Below are positions 60,960 through 64,000 of a DNA stretch of 64,000 nt, piece by piece. A program made the position numbers and the translations under genes. The notes under the pieces were generated by a model. It was not told the DNA's origin. It searched no databases and saw only the letters and a program-made list of their open reading frames with translations. Location: contig CAWHWQ010000004.1 in NCBI GenBank assembly GCA_963833095.1, forward strand, positions 1 through 64,000. Direction: 5' to 3'. The DNA is from Vulcanimicrobiota bacterium. GTDB taxonomy: Bacteria > Vulcanimicrobiota > Vulcanimicrobiia > Vulcanimicrobiales > Vulcanimicrobiaceae. The stretch's first letter is position 1. Each line of letters opens with the position of its first letter.

Positions 60960-61451
60960 GTGGCCCGAAAGATCTTCCTGCGGTTTGGACAAACGAACGA
61001 TATCGAGCGCCTCACGAAAGAAGGCGTTCTTACCGGCGCGCCCTCTCCGCGGGAAAGCTGGACAACACGGATGACGATGTGCCTCGGCGAACAAAAAGCC
61101 GGCCGGCGCGTCATTCTTATTGCCGAAGACCAAAGCGGACTTTTGGGGATGGTGCAGCTCGTCTTCAAGCTGCCGCCTGGCTACGACGATCCCGAGGCCG
61201 CCAACGGTATGGACGTCGCGATGATGGAGAGTCTGCGCCTCAAGCCCAACGCGCCGCCGGAGATTGGAAACGAACTCGTAGGCGAAGTGCAGCGGCTCGC
61301 GATGAAGCGCAAAGTCAGGACGCTGACCTTCTTGATCTCAATGAACAACACGCGCGGGATCAATCAGGCCAAGAGCTGGGGCTTCGAAGAATTCCGCATC
61401 ATGCCTGAGGCCGACAAGATGCTCGCCTTCTTCCGCAAATCCATAGATTAG
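60960..61451 (+). CDS. GNAT-fold protein
   Basis: LLGMVQL, IG.ELV......A, N.RGI.....WGF. The acetyl-CoA loop looks degenerate. Confidence 0.65.
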   Translation: MARKIFLRFGQTNDIERLTKEGVLTGAPSPRESWTTRMTMCLGEQKAGRRVILIAEDQSGLLGMVQLVFKLPPGYDDPEAANGMDVAMMESLRLKPNAPPEIGNELVGEVQRLAMKRKVRTLTFLISMNNTRGINQAKSWGFEEFRIMPEADKMLAFFRKSID

Positions 61452-61453
61452 CA

Positions 61454-61474
61454 GGATTCAGCTTCGCTGAATCC
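61454..61474. terminator. Hairpin between convergent genes
   Basis: GGATTCAGC-TTC-GCTGAATCC; no U-tract. Confidence 0.4.
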
Positions 61475-61533
61475 GTGGCGTTCGAGCGCTTCCGCGCCCG
61501 ATCCGCAGGATCTCGGCGAAAGCGAAGCATTTC

Positions 61534-62523
61534 TTACTGCGGGATTCCGGTGTCCTCGTCTGAGGCCGCCCGGAAAGTAAACGCGTCGCGATAGAGGCCA
61601 ACCGTCGGTTTTCCGTTGACGAGACGCGGCGAATAGCGCGCGGTCATCGCCGCTTTGCAGACCGCGACGTCGAGCGCAAGATATCCCGACGATTTGGTGA
61701 TCGTACACTTGGTGGGTAGGCCGCGTTCGTCGACCAACACTTCGAACGCGGTTGTTCCTTGCGCATTTTCCGCATACGCAATCGGGGCCGGTCGCGGCTT
61801 GATCGCCGCATCGCCGCCAAGCGGAACGACATCACGTACCGTAGTCAGCGGCGCCACCGCAATTGACTCCGCGCGGCCGGCCAATACCGGCACGGCGGTG
61901 GTCTCGGCTTGGGCGCCCTTTTGCGACGGCATTGCCTCGTCACGTCGCCAGATCGGCACGTTTGACGCGGGCGCCGTCACGCGCGGTATCGGCGCTTGCG
62001 CGACGACCGTCGTTTGCGTAGTCGTCTGCGTTACCTTATTCCCGTGCCGCTCGACAACGTTGTGAATGACCACCATGCTGCGCGGCGCAGGCGAAGGTTT
62101 GGCCGCCGGCGGCTGCGCCGTGGGGGCGATGCGCGGGCGATGTTCGAGCGCAACGTGAAACGTCGTCGTGTGTTCGGCGTCGGCAACCTTCGGTTCGATC
62201 GCGGGGGGCGCAACCACCGCCGCGAGCATCGCATGCACGCCAAACGAAATCGCGATCGCCGCAGCGAGCACCGCTGCGCCGGTGCGCCACACACCCGCGC
62301 GCGAACCCGACATAACGCGAGGCAGAGGCTCCCACGTCTCGCTGTCACGCGCGTGCGCAATCGTCGACATGACGCGTTCGATCTCGCGCTCGCCGCCCAG
62401 GGCGTTGAGACACGACGCGCAGGTCGCGATATGCTTACGATATTCTTCGCGCTCGGTTTGCGTCGCTTCGCCGAGCGCGATCGCTCCGGCGAGGATCTCC
62501 GTGCGCGAACATTGGTTGGTCAC
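61534..62523 (-). CDS. Zinc-binding anti-sigma factor fused to a TonB C-terminal domain
   Basis: HIATCASC (HxxxCxxC), one TM, Pro/Thr linker, then QGT....V.VDERG.......SSGY.ALD.A...A....YSP...NGKP. Confidence 0.8.
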   Translation of the reverse strand: MTNQCSRTEILAGAIALGEATQTEREEYRKHIATCASCLNALGGEREIERVMSTIAHARDSETWEPLPRVMSGSRAGVWRTGAAVLAAAIAISFGVHAMLAAVVAPPAIEPKVADAEHTTTFHVALEHRPRIAPTAQPPAAKPSPAPRSMVVIHNVVERHGNKVTQTTTQTTVVAQAPIPRVTAPASNVPIWRRDEAMPSQKGAQAETTAVPVLAGRAESIAVAPLTTVRDVVPLGGDAAIKPRPAPIAYAENAQGTTAFEVLVDERGLPTKCTITKSSGYLALDVAVCKAAMTARYSPRLVNGKPTVGLYRDAFTFRAASDEDTGIPQ

Positions 62524-63041
62524 AATCGCTCCGTCATCACCGACCGCAAGATCTTCATGGCCCGGCAGACGCGTTGACGAACGGCGTCGGGCGAGGTTCC
62601 GAGGATCGTTGCAGCCTCATTGGAGGAGTAGCCCGCATAGCTGGTCAGTAAGACCGCCGCCGCCTGCTCGGGCGGCAACTTCGCAATCGCCGCTTGCAGG
62701 TCGACCGACGACGCACTGCGTTCGTCGATCCGCCACGACCGGTCGTCGCTTTCGCGATCGAGCGGGAGCATGCGGATGATCTTGCGTCGTCGCAGGTGCG
62801 AAATCGCACCGTTCGTCGCAGTCTTATAGAGCCACCCCGCGGTCAGCGGTCGATCCGGATCGCGCTGGAGCGTCCGAAACGCCGCTAAGAACACGTCCTG
62901 CGTCAGATCGAGCGCGAGCTCGCTGTCGCCGACCATGCGCCGCAAATAGCGCGCCAGCTTGGTTTGGTATTCGCGCACGAGTGCTTCGATCCGAAGCTGC
63001 ACGCCGGCCGCCGATTGCGTGGTGAGGTAGACCTCCTCCAT
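62520..63041 (-). CDS. ECF RNA polymerase sigma factor
   Basis: A.DLTQDVFL, WLYK.A.N, LP.EQ.......GYS..E.A.ILG.S...V..RV.RA. Confidence 0.92.
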   Translation of the reverse strand: MEEVYLTTQSAAGVQLRIEALVREYQTKLARYLRRMVGDSELALDLTQDVFLAAFRTLQRDPDRPLTAGWLYKTATNGAISHLRRRKIIRMLPLDRESDDRSWRIDERSASSVDLQAAIAKLPPEQAAAVLLTSYAGYSSNEAATILGTSPDAVRQRVCRAMKILRSVMTERL

Positions 63042-63063
63042 GCGTTCTGGTCCCCCTTTGCCA

Positions 63064-63092
63064 TACAACGGGGTCATGGGGGTGGTTGTGAC
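63064..63092 (-). promoter_or_regulatory. Putative ECF autoregulatory promoter
   Basis: GTCACA-N16-CGTTGTA upstream of the sigma gene. Confidence 0.4.
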
Positions 63093-63174
63093 CGAATTTT
63101 GGTCAGGTCGAGGAAGCGCGCCCCGAAGTTTGCTCTAGCAAATGAGGGGCACGCTGACGACGACCGGGACAAAA

Positions 63175-64000
63175 TTAGCCGCCGATTTCGGAGAAGGCGC
63201 GCATTCGGGAGCTAGCCTCGCCCAGGCGGAGGTGATGGCGCTCGGGTTTGATCGCCATGCTGGCGGTCAGCAAGCCGGCGATCTCGTCCGTAGAAGCGCC
63301 CGCTCGCAGCGGCGTGCGCAGGTCGACGTGCTGATCCCCAAAGAGGCACAGGCGCAGCCGCCCGTCGGCGGTGAGACGAACCCGGTTGCAACGCTCGCAG
63401 TAGTCGTGCGAGAGCGGGCTGATGACGCCGACGGCGCCAGCAGCGCCGGGGTAGGCGAAGTAACGCGCCGGACCGTTGCCCGGCGGTCCGGGCACCGGCT
63501 CGATCCGCTCGACCGCCGCGACCCGTTCGAGAATTTCATCGGATGACACGTAGCTATCGCGCTGCAACTCGAGGTTTTCATGGACAGGCATTACCTCGAT
63601 GAAGCGTACGTACACAGCGCGTTCGCGCGTCAGGGCGGCAAAGTCCGCGATCTCGTCGTCGTTTTCCCCGCGCATGACGACGCAATTGAGCTTGACCGGG
63701 CCCAGGTTTGCCGCGATCGCGGCGTCGATGCCGCGCAGCACCTTGTCCAACCCGGGCCGGCGCGCGATGCGGACGAAACGGTCTTCGCGCAGGGTATCGA
63801 GCGAGATATTCACGCGCCGCAAGCCGGCAACCACCAGCGCATCGAGCTGCTCCTCGAGTAACACCGCGTTGGTGGAGAGCGCAATGTCGTCGATGCCGTC
63901 GATGGCGTTTATACCGGCAACGAGGCGATCGAGATCGCGACGGACCAGCGGCTCGCCGCCGGTCAAGCGAATCGTACGAACGCCGACTTGCGCGGCCGCT
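63175..64000 (-). CDS. moaA: GTP 3',8-cyclase MoaA (5' part outside the window)
   Basis: LTGGEPL.R, NISLDTL, RFIE.MP, C..CNR.RLTADG.LR.CL, C-terminal IGG. Confidence 0.95.
   Translation of the reverse strand, partial: AAAQVGVRTIRLTGGEPLVRRDLDRLVAGINAIDGIDDIALSTNAVLLEEQLDALVVAGLRRVNISLDTLREDRFVRIARRPGLDKVLRGIDAAIAANLGPVKLNCVVMRGENDDEIADFAALTRERAVYVRFIEVMPVHENLELQRDSYVSSDEILERVAAVERIEPVPGPPGNGPARYFAYPGAAGAVGVISPLSHDYCERCNRVRLTADGRLRLCLFGDQHVDLRTPLRAGASTDEIAGLLTASMAIKPERHHLRLGEASSRMRAFSEIGG

Overview
The window has two very different halves joined abruptly at about 17730. Left (1-17730) looks Bradyrhizobium/Rhizobiales-like. It holds small frameshifted ORFs, an IS21 element (istAB), a universal stress protein, a TAXI-type binding protein and a heavily frameshifted giant Gly-rich/AIDA-repeat adhesin. 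The IS21 terminal inverted repeat has been split by an IS110-family (IS1111-type) element, whose 3' non-coding region contains a 9-nt match to that exact target (candidate seek/bridge RNA). Right (17730-64000) is a mostly intact flagellar region of a diderm, non-alphaproteobacterial organism (csrA-fliW, fliD/fliS, flgH/flgI; Eremiobacterota-like by my impression only). Its flagellar genes are flgBC-fliE, flgFGAHIJNKL-fliW-csrA, fliC and flaG-fliDS. Beside them lies a large glycan-modification island with an amino-deoxysugar pathway, WbqC, methyltransferases, five glycosyltransferase genes and cysD-cysNC-TauE-sulfotransferase. The right end carries an MsbA-like exporter, a photolyase homolog that has lost its canonical catalytic residues, a cytochrome c, an ECF sigma with a ZAS anti-sigma/TonB-C fusion, and partial moaA. 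Main leads: the IS-targeting IS1111 guide; a sigma28 promoter network with apparently leaderless transcripts that includes the sulfotransferase and rod genes while flgM is missing from its usual position; an RBS-sequestering structured RNA upstream of flgF; the degenerate photolyase. All calls were made by eye; no searches were run.
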